A stretch of 64,000 nt of DNA. It comes from Candidatus Obscuribacterales bacterium. Its GTDB lineage: Bacteria; Cyanobacteriota; Vampirovibrionia; Obscuribacterales; Obscuribacteraceae. The stretch lies in assembly GCA_965228855.1 (NCBI GenBank), contig CBDDIJ010000003.1, forward strand, positions 832,001 through 896,000, read 5' to 3'. Both the position numbers and the translations under genes were made by a program. Below, one piece after another: positions 50,301 through 58,879 of this stretch. Below the pieces are notes generated by a model. That model saw only the letters and a program-made list of their open reading frames with translations. It ran no database searches and was not told the DNA's origin. Each line of letters opens with the position of its first letter. The first letter of the stretch is position 1.

Positions 50301-53300
50301 GTAACGTCAATGTCGACTATGTCGGTACCGGAGTTCTGACGCTTTCGAATAACAGCACCGGCAACGTTGATTACAACGTCTCCGCTCTTGGTGGCAGCAT
50401 CGTGATTCGTGGAGACATCGATGGAACCGGTGATGCCACTTTGACCAGTGACGATATCTCGTTCTCAGATATCAGTGCCTACTCACTGACCTTCAACGAG
50501 ATCACTCTCAACAGCGTAACTGACCTGACTGTGAGCGGCGGTGTCAATGGTGGTACGTTCAATTCGACCGTGGCCACGAACTTCAACGCCACCAATGGCG
50601 ACCTCACCACCAACGACCAATTGAACTTCAATGGTGGCGATGTCTTCGCGACATTGCTGGTCAATAACGGAAGCAATGCGTTCGTGAACAACGGAATCCT
50701 TAATGGAGATGGCGCATTTGATGGAGACCCAACGGCAAACTCGTTGACCATCACAGCTGCTCTCATCACCCCAGGAACGATTCAGAACTTCAACAATGTG
50801 TTCTTCCTCCAAGGAAACACGATCATCAACACCACCGGTGATGTAGTTCTCCCGACCAACCTGGTGTTCCAAGGTCAAGATCTCGCGATTATCGCCTCTG
50901 GCAATATCACCGCGACCGGAGCAGTATTGATCGACCTGTCTTCTACAACTGGAGACGGTGGCGATTTGCTGGTCCTGGCTGGTTATGATGCTACCGGCGT
51001 CACTGGCGGTCAGCAACAGACCCAAGACCCGGTCACCGTGACCGGCGTCAGCACGACCGGCGGAAGTGTTGACTTCACGGGAGTCAACATCATCACGAGC
51101 AGTTCGTTCGCAGGCGGCAGCGCCGGCAGTGTAACCATCATTGCAGGAAGCACCACTGGTGCTACCAACGCAGGCGATGTGACAGTCGGCAACATCACGG
51201 CTGAAGGTGACTTGAACGGTGGACTGGTAGTCGTCGGTGCATTCGGCAACGCATCTGTCGGAAACATCAGCACGATTGGAACGAACGGTCAGGGTGGATC
51301 CGTTGTTCTCGGCAGCGGTACGGCAACATTGGTCGGACCTGTAGTCGTGACAAATGGCAGTCTTACGACTGGCAGCTTCGTTCCTGGAGTGCTCTCCGGT
51401 GGTGATGTCGCTTACGGTACGATCAATGCAGGAACCGGCGACGTCGACCTGGCAGGCGCTCTGGATGCCGGCAACAGCATCGCAGGCGGTGCAATCACAG
51501 CCGACAGAATCGGTTTCGTGATCGGATCCGGAACGGCTTCAGCAACCGGCAACTTCAACAGAGTAACTGTTGATGCCACCACCTCAGCTGGTGGCAGCGT
51601 GACGGTCACTGAGAACGACGACATCATCCTGGATGACGTCTCCGGTACTCAAGTCAACGTCACGGTTAATGCGTCCGGCGATGTCTCCGTTGATGGAGAT
51701 GTGAGCTTCGGTACTGGAACACTCAACGTGAGTGCCGCCAATATCGTTCAAGGTATCGGCGGATCGGTCACAGGTTCCAACCTGAGCCTCACTGCAGTTA
51801 ACGATGCTACGTTGACAACGAATGTCACAACCCTGCTGAATAGCTCAGCTGACAATCTGACGCTATTCAATACCGGTAACTTGACGGTTAATGATTTGAC
51901 CATCGGCACGGATCTCAACCTCACCAACACAGGAACGCTTACCTTCAATGGTACGACTACCGCTGTTGATGTGAATGTCACCAACACTGGTGCACTGACG
52001 ATCGGTGATATCACGGCTACGGGTGCGATAAATGTCGACAACACCGGCGACGCCACTGTTGCTGGTGCGCTATCCGGAGCAACTGGTCTCTCCATCGATG
52101 CGTCGGGAACGTTGGCTGTGAATGCGGCTGTTTCCTCTACCCTGGATGTGAACCTGCTGGCTGATGGCAACGTCACGGTCGGAGCCGATGCCACCTCTCT
52201 AGATGGTGACCTCAACATCGTCTCCCAAGCTGGCTCTATCACCACTGCAGATGACGTCACGCTCCAGGGCAATGATTCGATTCTCATTCAGACGGTCGGT
52301 GGCGGCACAATCACGATTGGTGCAACGAACAACATCTTCACCGATGCGGCAGTGAAATCTCCCGGAATCGGAAACGTCACCATTCTGCAAGGTGCAACTC
52401 TTCCAGCTAAGACCAAAAACCTCAAAGGTAGGAACATCATCGCCATCACTCAAGATGACGGAACTGTCCTCACCGGCAGAGGTAAAGGGACCAAGAAAGT
52501 TGTGTTCAATTCCCCAGACAATACATTGTCCGGAATCGGCGCTCAACTCTTGATCGTCGCATCGGCAAAGAATGGTGTCATCATCGGCGGTGGTGCCACG
52601 ATTACAGCTGACCCACCGGTTGCAGCAGGTTCGGCTATCACAGTATCGACCTGGGGCAAGGCGGATGCAGCTCAACAAGCGGCTCCTACCACTTCAACCG
52701 AACTGCCCGCATCGCTGGCAAGCATCACCGCACCAGCAACGGTATCATCGGTCAATATGGTGACTGCAACCAACGCGACCACAACGACTGGCAAAGATGC
52801 TCTCAAGGGCACGCTTTCCAATCTGGCTTCAGCCAACAACCTCAGCATCTTCGCAGCGCAGGAAGATGACTCGACCATCACCGGTTATGCGCCGGTCGGT
52901 CAAGTGGTTGACGGTAAGGTCTGCAGCGATATCGAATTCGGTTTCGCTACAGGTGCGGCCGGTAACGGTGTTTCGACAATCAAACACAGCGACATCGTCA
53001 CTCTCGACAATGGCACCGCTCTGTTCGTACCGTCGAAGGACATGATGGTCGTAACGCCGAAGGGCAAAGTCAAACTTGGCGCTAACTCGGTAGCTGTGGT
53101 CAGCATCGACGGTAATCAACTCTCGGTGTACGACATCAACGACAACCACAAAGGCAGCGTAGTAGTTGCCGCCGGCGGTCGCGAATTGTCGCTCTCACCA
53201 GGACGTCACCTGATCGTCACCAACGATCGCGCAGCATCCTTCGCGGAAGCTAACCCGATCGAATCGATCATGCACCGCGCAGTCAGCCGTCATGAACTCG

Positions 53301-53515
53301 GCAACGGACATAGAGCATTCACCACAGAATTCTCGATTCCGTCGGCAGTTCAAACGGTCAAACCGCTCGGCGCAATGATGCATTCTAACCACGCAGCAGC
53401 CAAGAAAGTTGCTCAGAATGTCATCAAGACTTCTGCCGTTATGATGCACATCGGTGGTGCGGCTCCTTACGAGTTCCACACCAAACCGAGAACAGTTGCA
53501 ATGAACATGAACTAA
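44399..53515 (+). CDS. Giant secreted beta-helix surface protein/adhesin (about 3040 aa)
   Basis: Signal ending AQA; long G/N/T/V/D-rich repeats; internal ~633-aa duplication; distinct C-terminal globular domain; AGAGGA RBS before ATG 44399. Confidence 0.8.
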   Translation: MSKKVVRSRESYIKNWTAAIWGSVMVVASGAAAQAEDHQNFRDFRDANPGFDRHTLRQMYRAEFGRGGAGGASNVPDAGTFNIMPVPNVPSTSNVTITESRGKWANRLERNNGVIKQSVQSNDSGKLVTLNGGVNLDLTSQARNITLGQKLFSGVSSIEIQVGGETKTLTAGSQVTAAEYIAAKQVLAGTAQKVAISSNGVATGGEVDLSAITSRGDVMRASDLVVPVNVTTLGDFSKGSEFKLQGDLNNFGTVHALDGSGNGRGGTIRAVDINNNANALISSDVDLTLRADGQLTNLGNITSNGSLTLTSSNVTNRGSISSAKDVNLNSPTGAMNVDSAGGTISAANNINVDVNADSTLAGGNYLSQNLNLNAGAGTITANLDNVTGTVNGTGYAVHFASQSETLNLGDLNLIDPTFYNIGNINFTGDVIVAGNALTIIATGNITESVVGPFTVSTANGAGNGGDLTMIAGANITAAGGPGNNTVGAGAPTQVTFNEGSIGGGSILLNEVQLNTTGAGGGNGGNVLLAAFAGTTGGSGRVDLGVGVSTIQTSGDAGVGTNGNVTVIASRGINLGGAGSSINADGGLAGAGTGEVRITSAQPVTGGPVTYAADGSLVSGQVTAGTTLTNFTVNVPSITASGIVRVASGGDVNVSDITTSGPLANVVLLSGVDQFTLAPTNPSANLTINGDVTANGAGSQILAASGNNLSTVDGADLVADGNIGFVVGGNFSQLGAIFAQNGAVNGTVDGDYTLGTDLLDFVAGASGVTVAVNGDLIQSAVIEAGAGASLDGSVNLLIGGDYTATSAAASVLAGQGDPGYVGTVTISAQNFSTASGSTIRGRNVTLTSDSTNFGSFNLNGLVDANGTGAQGVLTLTQNGTVQTDMTDTNFSGGLQSRQLTISNNTGGNIQFLNNTATSFDFNNVTANAGGDITFIETTLDGDGSINFTGSSFAGGSFTALVDTDLSTDIASIVGGSSGELRSSNGNIGSTGNFFETDFGSIIVQALGGPSPTAGNAYIGGANGLNFAGGNSQITADLAAVALTGDITTDATSTVSVGGAADLAAQVGNIGTGLLNPFRIDVGTGVGQGVLANASGDVFLYDANGAAIANGSAATSTAGGTFSFVVDGDLAVRNNVSASTGDLILQANAGGDLTLDPTVQVSAAGDVNLAGTNISGGIDTLVSGNNLTVELSGLGNIYTNVNSISTDIGAGDLTINEYDGITIGSQSVGDLTVNASLVFGGDVDTTADFTMDTFTVTNDGGYININNQITANTAALLDTTGGTGGIGGLGTLSTPLAGLFSDSGDIVLTVNGVAGGDTTVTAQAGAGGNVDLTYVGSGTLTLDGSSGNGDYFVATTDGAASVEIFDNIDGTGVLDITTNTLAFVNPVTLAFDSASVQSLAGSGLTLDGGDAINGGNFVTTVGGAGVSFTATDGDFTVLNKTNFVGGDVFVTLANNNGINAVDLTAMGANLNGDAQLFPPGNDITIRAANIQGNIGTAITNFNQVTVLGNTIHNSNGDVLLPTNLVFFGQNLSIIASGNVTATGATLIDLSSNVGNGGSLIILAGFANTPPTVGAENTANPVVITGFSGTGGSVDLTGVNIITSATGVSGDAGDVTIIAAGGSTLGSGAVTAGNITATSVNGFGGMVSLAGSAGVTVGDITTTGGVAGGDVLLGVGTVAIIGTPTITNGVLSGGGFIPDALAPGNLTYGAINAGNGDVALAGALTAGDTVSGGFIQADNLEVAMGDGTVSLNVDANEVQADATAGVGGGTLTVNEAGSINVDHIDGNLDVNINAFATINIIGSINAGTGAVELGAQDITTNASKVIADSLDLNVLNNATVNTSVNTLTTTTGTGFSIVNEDNGIDLGSQASGASLVVNASQVASGDVTTSADFVLDSLTVSNAGGDIVISNDITGTNGVALDTTGGPGAITGLGSVSSPIIGLNSGAGGIDLSVNGLLDGDTSLNAAATGGNVNVDYVGTGVLTLSNNSTGNVDYNVSALGGSIVIRGDIDGTGDATLTSDDISFSDISAYSLTFNEITLNSVTDLTVSGGVNGGTFNSTVATNFNATNGDLTTNDQLNFNGGDVFATLLVNNGSNAFVNNGILNGDGAFDGDPTANSLTITAALITPGTIQNFNNVFFLQGNTIINTTGDVVLPTNLVFQGQDLAIIASGNITATGAVLIDLSSTTGDGGDLLVLAGYDATGVTGGQQQTQDPVTVTGVSTTGGSVDFTGVNIITSSSFAGGSAGSVTIIAGSTTGATNAGDVTVGNITAEGDLNGGLVVVGAFGNASVGNISTIGTNGQGGSVVLGSGTATLVGPVVVTNGSLTTGSFVPGVLSGGDVAYGTINAGTGDVDLAGALDAGNSIAGGAITADRIGFVIGSGTASATGNFNRVTVDATTSAGGSVTVTENDDIILDDVSGTQVNVTVNASGDVSVDGDVSFGTGTLNVSAANIVQGIGGSVTGSNLSLTAVNDATLTTNVTTLLNSSADNLTLFNTGNLTVNDLTIGTDLNLTNTGTLTFNGTTTAVDVNVTNTGALTIGDITATGAINVDNTGDATVAGALSGATGLSIDASGTLAVNAAVSSTLDVNLLADGNVTVGADATSLDGDLNIVSQAGSITTADDVTLQGNDSILIQTVGGGTITIGATNNIFTDAAVKSPGIGNVTILQGATLPAKTKNLKGRNIIAITQDDGTVLTGRGKGTKKVVFNSPDNTLSGIGAQLLIVASAKNGVIIGGGATITADPPVAAGSAITVSTWGKADAAQQAAPTTSTELPASLASITAPATVSSVNMVTATNATTTTGKDALKGTLSNLASANNLSIFAAQEDDSTITGYAPVGQVVDGKVCSDIEFGFATGAAGNGVSTIKHSDIVTLDNGTALFVPSKDMMVVTPKGKVKLGANSVAVVSIDGNQLSVYDINDNHKGSVVVAAGGRELSLSPGRHLIVTNDRAASFAEANPIESIMHRAVSRHELGNGHRAFTTEFSIPSAVQTVKPLGAMMHSNHAAAKKVAQNVIKTSAVMMHIGGAAPYEFHTKPRTVAMNMN
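48030..51860 (+). repeat. Diverged tandem duplication, period about 1.9 kb, inside the giant gene (boundaries approximate)
   Basis: GNTIHNSNGDVLLPTNLVF at 48914 vs GNTIINTTGDVVLPTNLVF at 50813 (1899 nt apart); flanking blocks also colinear. Confidence 0.8.
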
Positions 53516-53537
53516 GTTCACTGACAGCAAGCTAGTG

Positions 53538-53570
53538 GAAAGGGGCGCCGCAAGGTGCCCCTTTCTGTTT
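53538..53570 (+). terminator. Intrinsic terminator after the giant gene
   Basis: gaaaggggcgcc-gcaa-ggtgcccctttc then tgttt. Confidence 0.85.
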
Positions 53571-53587
53571 GGAGTTACTTCTAATTA

Positions 53588-54865
53588 GTGGTACTCTGTC
53601 AAATTCGATTTCGGAGCGAATTTGATTTGGCTGATGACAATATAAAGCTTATCGACGGCGTGCCATTCTCATGGAAAACATATCTGCCGATTATTCTTGT
53701 TGCCGGGCTGGGATTTCTAGTCGACGTCTATGATGTATTGCTGTTTGCGATCTTGCGCGTTCCCAGTCTGAAAGACCTGGGAGTGAGCCCAGCCGATACG
53801 CTTGAAGTCGGCGTCGGTTTGTTGAACGCGCAAATGGTTGGTTTGATTCTGGGTGGTATCGTATGGGGGGCCATTGGGGACAGGAAAGGAAGAAAGGCTG
53901 CTCTTGTAGGCTCGATCCTTTGTTATTCGATTGCTTCGATTTTGAACAGTTTTATCACTGATGTTTCCATGTACGGTGTATTGCGCTTCGTGACTGGTTT
54001 TGGTCTGGCTGGTGAAGTTGGGGCTGCTATGACCATTGCAGCGGAAGTCACACCCGCTCGCTATCGCACGTATGGAACGGCCGCCGTTTCACTCATGGGA
54101 GTTCTGGGCTCTGTGCTGGCTAGTATCGTGGGTAGTGCCATCCAGTGGAGAACAGCTTACTTTATAGCCGGTGTGGCAGGTCTGGCTCTGCTTTGCATAC
54201 GAATTAAGATGAATGAAACAGCCCTATTCGAGAAGGCTAAGTCAGAAGGTGGCTTGAATCGCGACGGCTTGATGAAACTGGCTCGCCCGAAGAAGTTGCT
54301 GAAAGTATTGAGATGCGTGCTAGTCGCACTGCCTCTGTTTTTTGTGTTTGGTGTGCTGGTGACGTTTGCGCCTGAAATCATGCCAAATGGTGCGGAGGCA
54401 TCGTATCTGGTGGCGAAAATCGCAGCGTTCTATTCAATAGGAGAGGCGCTTGGAGAGGCGGTTTGTGGTGTGACTAGCCAACTTCTGCGCAGCCGCAAGA
54501 AGGCTATATTACTGTTTCAAGTTTGCGCATTGGTTTTAACTATCTTTACCGTGAGAAGCACTCCGGATGTTTACGCTTTTCTTTGTTTGCCGCTCGGTTT
54601 CTTTGTTGGATACTGGGCTATAGCCATTACAACCACTGCAGAACAATTTGGCACCAATGTCAGGTCGACTGTGACGACAGTGGTGCCGAATCTCATGCGT
54701 GCCTGTCATATTCCAATAAACTTGACGTTCGCAGCACTCGTGAAAACTTATGGAACCAATACTGCCGTTATTTCGCTCGGAATTTGCAGTTATGTTCTCG
54801 CGTTTATCTCATTGTTTTTGATGGAAGAAACATTCGCACGAGATCTGGACTTCCTGGAGTCGTAA
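53588..54865 (+). CDS. MFS transporter (start may be slightly downstream)
   Basis: GFLVDVYDVLLF, GAIGDRKGRK, RFVTGFGLAGEVG, AEQFGTNVRST. Confidence 0.88.
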   Translation: MVLCQIRFRSEFDLADDNIKLIDGVPFSWKTYLPIILVAGLGFLVDVYDVLLFAILRVPSLKDLGVSPADTLEVGVGLLNAQMVGLILGGIVWGAIGDRKGRKAALVGSILCYSIASILNSFITDVSMYGVLRFVTGFGLAGEVGAAMTIAAEVTPARYRTYGTAAVSLMGVLGSVLASIVGSAIQWRTAYFIAGVAGLALLCIRIKMNETALFEKAKSEGGLNRDGLMKLARPKKLLKVLRCVLVALPLFFVFGVLVTFAPEIMPNGAEASYLVAKIAAFYSIGEALGEAVCGVTSQLLRSRKKAILLFQVCALVLTIFTVRSTPDVYAFLCLPLGFFVGYWAIAITTTAEQFGTNVRSTVTTVVPNLMRACHIPINLTFAALVKTYGTNTAVISLGICSYVLAFISLFLMEETFARDLDFLES

Positions 54866-54868
54866 TGA

Positions 54869-56212
54869 TCAAGGTCGCTGAACCCACAAAAAGCTCGTGA
54901 AGTTGGAATCCAAGTCCTGAAGGTTGTCTTCGATGATCTTCAAATCGTTTATTTCCGCCAGGGTGCGGCTACCCATCACTGCAATGTTCTTTGGTAGTTC
55001 GCCGCTAGCAAGTAGTTCCGCTACTTTTGCGTGATCTACCAGATCTCCTTCTCCACTAGTTTGCTTCAATTTGCTGTACTTTTGAAGTAGATTTGTGTGA
55101 CATTGCCTGAGCACTTGAGGATGCGTCATTATGGTGTCGACCTCACTGAAATCGGCTTCCTTTGAGATCATCAGAGCATGCGATATTTTAATGCCGAATT
55201 CTTCGATAATGTCGAATCGATATTTAGCTGAAGCCTGGACTGTTTCGGTAACGATACCACCGAGTGAATTGTGGATTGCAAACTGACCGCGATCCACAAC
55301 GCCTTCGTGTAAGGCGCGGAGGACGTTTTCAGTTGTGTGCAAATAATGAAGTTCGAATTTGCATTCCGGTGTCCTGCTCAGATAGTAGCGTGCTGCTTCT
55401 TCGTTAAAACTGCCACGACCACCCTGAATTCCGATTACCAGCTTGTCTTTATAGATTCTATTCGGCAAAAGTTGATCGAATATTTTGGTTTGCGCTTCCG
55501 AAATTTTCAGTCGCATCCCACGCGTGTGTGGGTTGTACGTTTGCAAGTCGACGAAGAGTTGCCAGGTATCATGACAAACTTGGGTTTTAATTTCTTGCAG
55601 TTTCTGGGCGCCTAGAGTATCAATCGAGGTTGGCTCCAAACCAAATTCGCCGAGAATCCGACCAACGAAATGCGTGACGCCCTGGCTCTGCGCGGCGAGT
55701 CGATCATGTTCGTCTGCATCCATTTCGATTACTCGCATTTGTTTTTGCGCGAAATAATTTTTCCAGAACTGGTAAATTTGCTCGCTGACCTTGAGTTTGT
55801 CTATAACAATTGGCTGGTTCGTTAAACCGTTTGAATTGACGCTGTCCGGTCCAAACATCGGGTGAGTAAGAATAGCGTGAATGCCCTCGGGCAAGTACTT
55901 TTCGAAAACAGCCTTCGGATGAAGCTTAACCGAAAGCACGTCAATGAGCGTACGGGAACCTCCTAGACGGGCGAGGATCTGGCTGTGCTCACTGATAACT
56001 TGTTCGAATGAAGAAATTGGAACGCAGTAGAAAATAGTGTCGCAGCTCAGCGCCTCCTCAAGTGATACAAGGCTGGCTCCATGCGGCGTCGCTGTCTGCG
56101 CTGCATCTGTTGAGAGGTCGAATACCTTCACCGTAAAGTCGTCTTTGAGAATCGAGGACCATAGCTGACCAAAGCGACCAAATCCGATTATTGCGACGTT
56201 GAGCTTATCCAA
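54869..56212 (-). CDS. Prephenate/arogenate dehydrogenase (TyrA) fused to a prephenate dehydratase catalytic domain
   Basis: IIGFGRFG, DVLSVK, THPMFGP, EHDRLAA, THFVGR (TyrA); then IQGGRGSFNEEAA, NSLGG, HPQVLRQC, QDLDSNFTSF (PDT); no ACT domain. Confidence 0.88.
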   Translation of the reverse strand: MDKLNVAIIGFGRFGQLWSSILKDDFTVKVFDLSTDAAQTATPHGASLVSLEEALSCDTIFYCVPISSFEQVISEHSQILARLGGSRTLIDVLSVKLHPKAVFEKYLPEGIHAILTHPMFGPDSVNSNGLTNQPIVIDKLKVSEQIYQFWKNYFAQKQMRVIEMDADEHDRLAAQSQGVTHFVGRILGEFGLEPTSIDTLGAQKLQEIKTQVCHDTWQLFVDLQTYNPHTRGMRLKISEAQTKIFDQLLPNRIYKDKLVIGIQGGRGSFNEEAARYYLSRTPECKFELHYLHTTENVLRALHEGVVDRGQFAIHNSLGGIVTETVQASAKYRFDIIEEFGIKISHALMISKEADFSEVDTIMTHPQVLRQCHTNLLQKYSKLKQTSGEGDLVDHAKVAELLASGELPKNIAVMGSRTLAEINDLKIIEDNLQDLDSNFTSFLWVQRP

Positions 56213-56306
56213 GTTGTATTTTTCCAGAATTCGTCAGTAGATTCCGCCTATTTTATCAGGGGGCGGCGTAGATGTTTTGTTGGGCAACTGGCGGTTTTAA
56301 ACGGGA

Positions 56307-56708
56307 ATGAGTACGCGGATGGTAAAAGCGGTTCTGGCAGCGGTGATTTCAGTTATCGGCGCCGGAGCAATTTGCGACTCTGGGCGATGCGAAGGGTCTC
56401 GCCAATCCGTGTCCCATGAAGATTCCTTGTCAAATAGTCGGTATGTGGATACCGTCCGAGAAACGGTTCTAGAGAATTGGGCGAAGAATCAAGCCTCTTT
56501 GGCGGCTAAGCGTACGACGACAGTTTCTTTCTCCATCTCGAAAAACGGAACGGTTTCGCAACTCTCGATCAAGACTTCGTCGGGAAATTCGCACCAGGAT
56601 TATGCAGCGATCGAAACAATCATTGCTTCTTCGTTTTCCCCACTTCCAAACGATGGTCCGGATGCTGTAAGTGTTGAGATGCAAGTTGGTGCGCTGCACA
56701 AAAAGTGA
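56307..56708 (+). CDS. TonB C-terminal domain protein
   Basis: TM anchor; VSFSISKNGTV...KTSSGNSHQDYAAIETI...FSPLP. Confidence 0.75.
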   Translation: MSTRMVKAVLAAVISVIGAGAICDSGRCEGSRQSVSHEDSLSNSRYVDTVRETVLENWAKNQASLAAKRTTTVSFSISKNGTVSQLSIKTSSGNSHQDYAAIETIIASSFSPLPNDGPDAVSVEMQVGALHKK

Positions 56709-56724
56709 CCATCGAACGATCAAT

Positions 56725-57138
56725 TCAGTAGTCTGCGAAACCTTCCGGACCTTGTGTAAACCTGCGCAGCAAAAAGATTTCCAATTCGGATTTGTCGTGA
56801 ATCACCGCAGGCGGTGTCGCACTCTGAAACACCGGGAGGCTCACGCCATAGATATCCTTTGATGCCTCTTCAAATTGTTCGAGAGTAACAATCTCATCAA
56901 TCTGGTGAATTCCCATCGCCGACATTTCGGTGAGATCTCCTGGACCGTCGTGGGTTGAATCGCTGAAACCTTCGTTATCTAGCCAGCCTTGGACCTTCTC
57001 GTAAGCGGTCTCCTCATCATCGGCTGCGAATAACTGACTGTGAATCGCGTAGCTCTTTTCGCTTTTCTTCAGTTTGTTTGTTTCGTCAAACCACTTATCT
57101 TCGAGCATCACGACAATTTGTGCCACGAATAATCTCAC
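56725..57138 (-). CDS. DUF4288-like protein
   Basis: LFAADDEETAYEK pattern recalled for DUF4288; GGGAG RBS. Confidence 0.55.
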   Translation of the reverse strand: MRLFVAQIVVMLEDKWFDETNKLKKSEKSYAIHSQLFAADDEETAYEKVQGWLDNEGFSDSTHDGPGDLTEMSAMGIHQIDEIVTLEQFEEASKDIYGVSLPVFQSATPPAVIHDKSELEIFLLRRFTQGPEGFADY

Positions 57139-57416
57139 TGTGACTAGTTCTCCCTGATTGCATCCATCTTTTCGCGGGCGTTGTTGCGACCGATGTACTT
57201 GATGTGAATCAAATCCTTTCCGCTACTGCCAGTTCCGACGTTTCCAAAAATTCAACATCGGACCTCCAGATAAAAGGCCGCGCCGATTTCGGTTTCGGCG
57301 CCAGCTCGCACCGCAATCAATCTACCGTAGAATGATGCTGCGCTGCGAACGAAATGATACCACAAATGCCTCTTCGTTCCCTTCGTGTCCTTGGCTCAGG
57401 CAAGGCGTCTTGGTGA

Positions 57417-57983
57417 CTAGACTCTCAGGAGACCGCGGAAACCTCGAACGGCGTAATAAGACTGTGCACCGTTGTGGTAAACAAATACTTTGCCATAGCG
57501 ATAGTCGCAGAATAGCGCGCCGCCTAGCTTGCGAACGTCGGCAGGAGTTTTCACCCAACTGGAAGTCTTTTTGTCGAACTCACCGAGACTTTGCAGGTCT
57601 CGATATTCGTCTTCTGTCAGGAGCTCAATTCCCATTGAGACGGCGGTTTCAACGGCGCTTCCTTCGGGCTTATGCTCCTTCCTTGAATCGAGACCTTGTT
57701 TGTCGTAGCAAAGACCGCGCCGGCCAATCGGACTTTCTGGGGAGCAATCGACGAAGATTATCTCGCCACGCTCTTTGTCTTCACCGACTACATCAGGCTC
57801 CCCACCGGTTTTCTGCATTTGATTGAGCGACCAGAGTTTTTCCGGATGTGCTGAGAGTCTGGCCTCGACATTTTTCCATTCGACTTCCTTGTGACGCTTC
57901 TGATTCTTCTCGAACCGAGCCTTTAGAACTTCCAGCAGTTCTTCTTGCTGTTTCGATGTTAGCGCTTTCTGTTTACTGGACAT
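57417..57983 (-). CDS. DUF4256 protein
   Basis: LKARFEKN..RH, KLWSLNQMQKTGGEPDVV, DCSPESPIGRR, YHNGAQSYYAVRGFRG. Confidence 0.85.
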   Translation of the reverse strand: MSSKQKALTSKQQEELLEVLKARFEKNQKRHKEVEWKNVEARLSAHPEKLWSLNQMQKTGGEPDVVGEDKERGEIIFVDCSPESPIGRRGLCYDKQGLDSRKEHKPEGSAVETAVSMGIELLTEDEYRDLQSLGEFDKKTSSWVKTPADVRKLGGALFCDYRYGKVFVYHNGAQSYYAVRGFRGLLRV

Positions 57984-58062
57984 GGTTTTCTCAAATTGGA
58001 TGCTGGTGACGTTTCTGAGTTATTATAGCGAGGTTTTCTAAACAGTCTCTGCGGGAGAACTA

Positions 58063-58869
58063 ATGGGCATCAAAGTTTGTGTTGCAGGTGTGACGGGCTG
58101 GACGGGTCAGTGTGTCGCTCGTGCGATCATTGAATCGAGCGAATTCGAACTCGTATCCGCGATCGCAAGAAAAACTGCTGGTCAGGATATTGGCGAGGCA
58201 TTGGGTCATGCTCGACTTGGTCGCTTGATTTCGGGGAGTGTCGAAGAAGCGCTTGCGGAGCCGGTGGACGTTTTTGTCGAATACACTAGCGCGACAGCGG
58301 CGAAGGGGAATGTTCTAGCGGCAATCGCAAAAAAGGTAAACGTAGTCATTGGAAGTTCTGGATTGACCGCGACGGATTATGAAGAGATTGAAAAGGCTGC
58401 AATTGCGAATAGCGTCGGCGTAATTAGTGCGGGAAACTTCTCTGTAACAGCGGCTCTTGCTAAGCGGTTTGCGCTGATGGCAGCGGAGCATCTTCCGCAG
58501 TGGGAAATAATTGATTACGCATCGTCCACAAAACCGGATGTGCCGAGTGGTACCACGCAAGAGTTAGCTGAAGAACTTGGGACGGTGCGTGAGAACAAAC
58601 AGGGCGTAGCAATCGGCGATTTGCATGGACCGAAAGAGGCGCGAGGAGCACAGATTGCAAATACTCCCGTGCATTCGTTGCGCCTGCAGAGCTATGTAAT
58701 CGCTTTCGAAACTATATTCGGTTTACCAAATGAAAGGCTGACTATTCGCCATGATGCAGGAAGTGGAGCAGAGCCTTATGTTCAAGGTACGCTGCTTGCC
58801 GTGAAGAAAGTGATGACAGTAAAGGGTTTAATTCGCGGTTTAGATAATCTACTGTTCGCGAAGTCTTAA
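58063..58869 (+). CDS. dapB: 4-hydroxy-tetrahydrodipicolinate reductase-like protein
   Basis: VAGVTGWTG Rossmann motif, VVIGSSG, AGNFS, KPDVPSGT, HSLRL, LTIRHD. Confidence 0.8.
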   Translation: MGIKVCVAGVTGWTGQCVARAIIESSEFELVSAIARKTAGQDIGEALGHARLGRLISGSVEEALAEPVDVFVEYTSATAAKGNVLAAIAKKVNVVIGSSGLTATDYEEIEKAAIANSVGVISAGNFSVTAALAKRFALMAAEHLPQWEIIDYASSTKPDVPSGTTQELAEELGTVRENKQGVAIGDLHGPKEARGAQIANTPVHSLRLQSYVIAFETIFGLPNERLTIRHDAGSGAEPYVQGTLLAVKKVMTVKGLIRGLDNLLFAKS

Positions 58870-58879
58870 CGACCTCGCT

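Noticed and set aside
44535..53530. Many antisense and alternate-frame ORFs inside the giant gene (also inside 24012-27896 and czcA)
   Set aside because: Shadow ORFs caused by biased codon use; no motifs or RBSs
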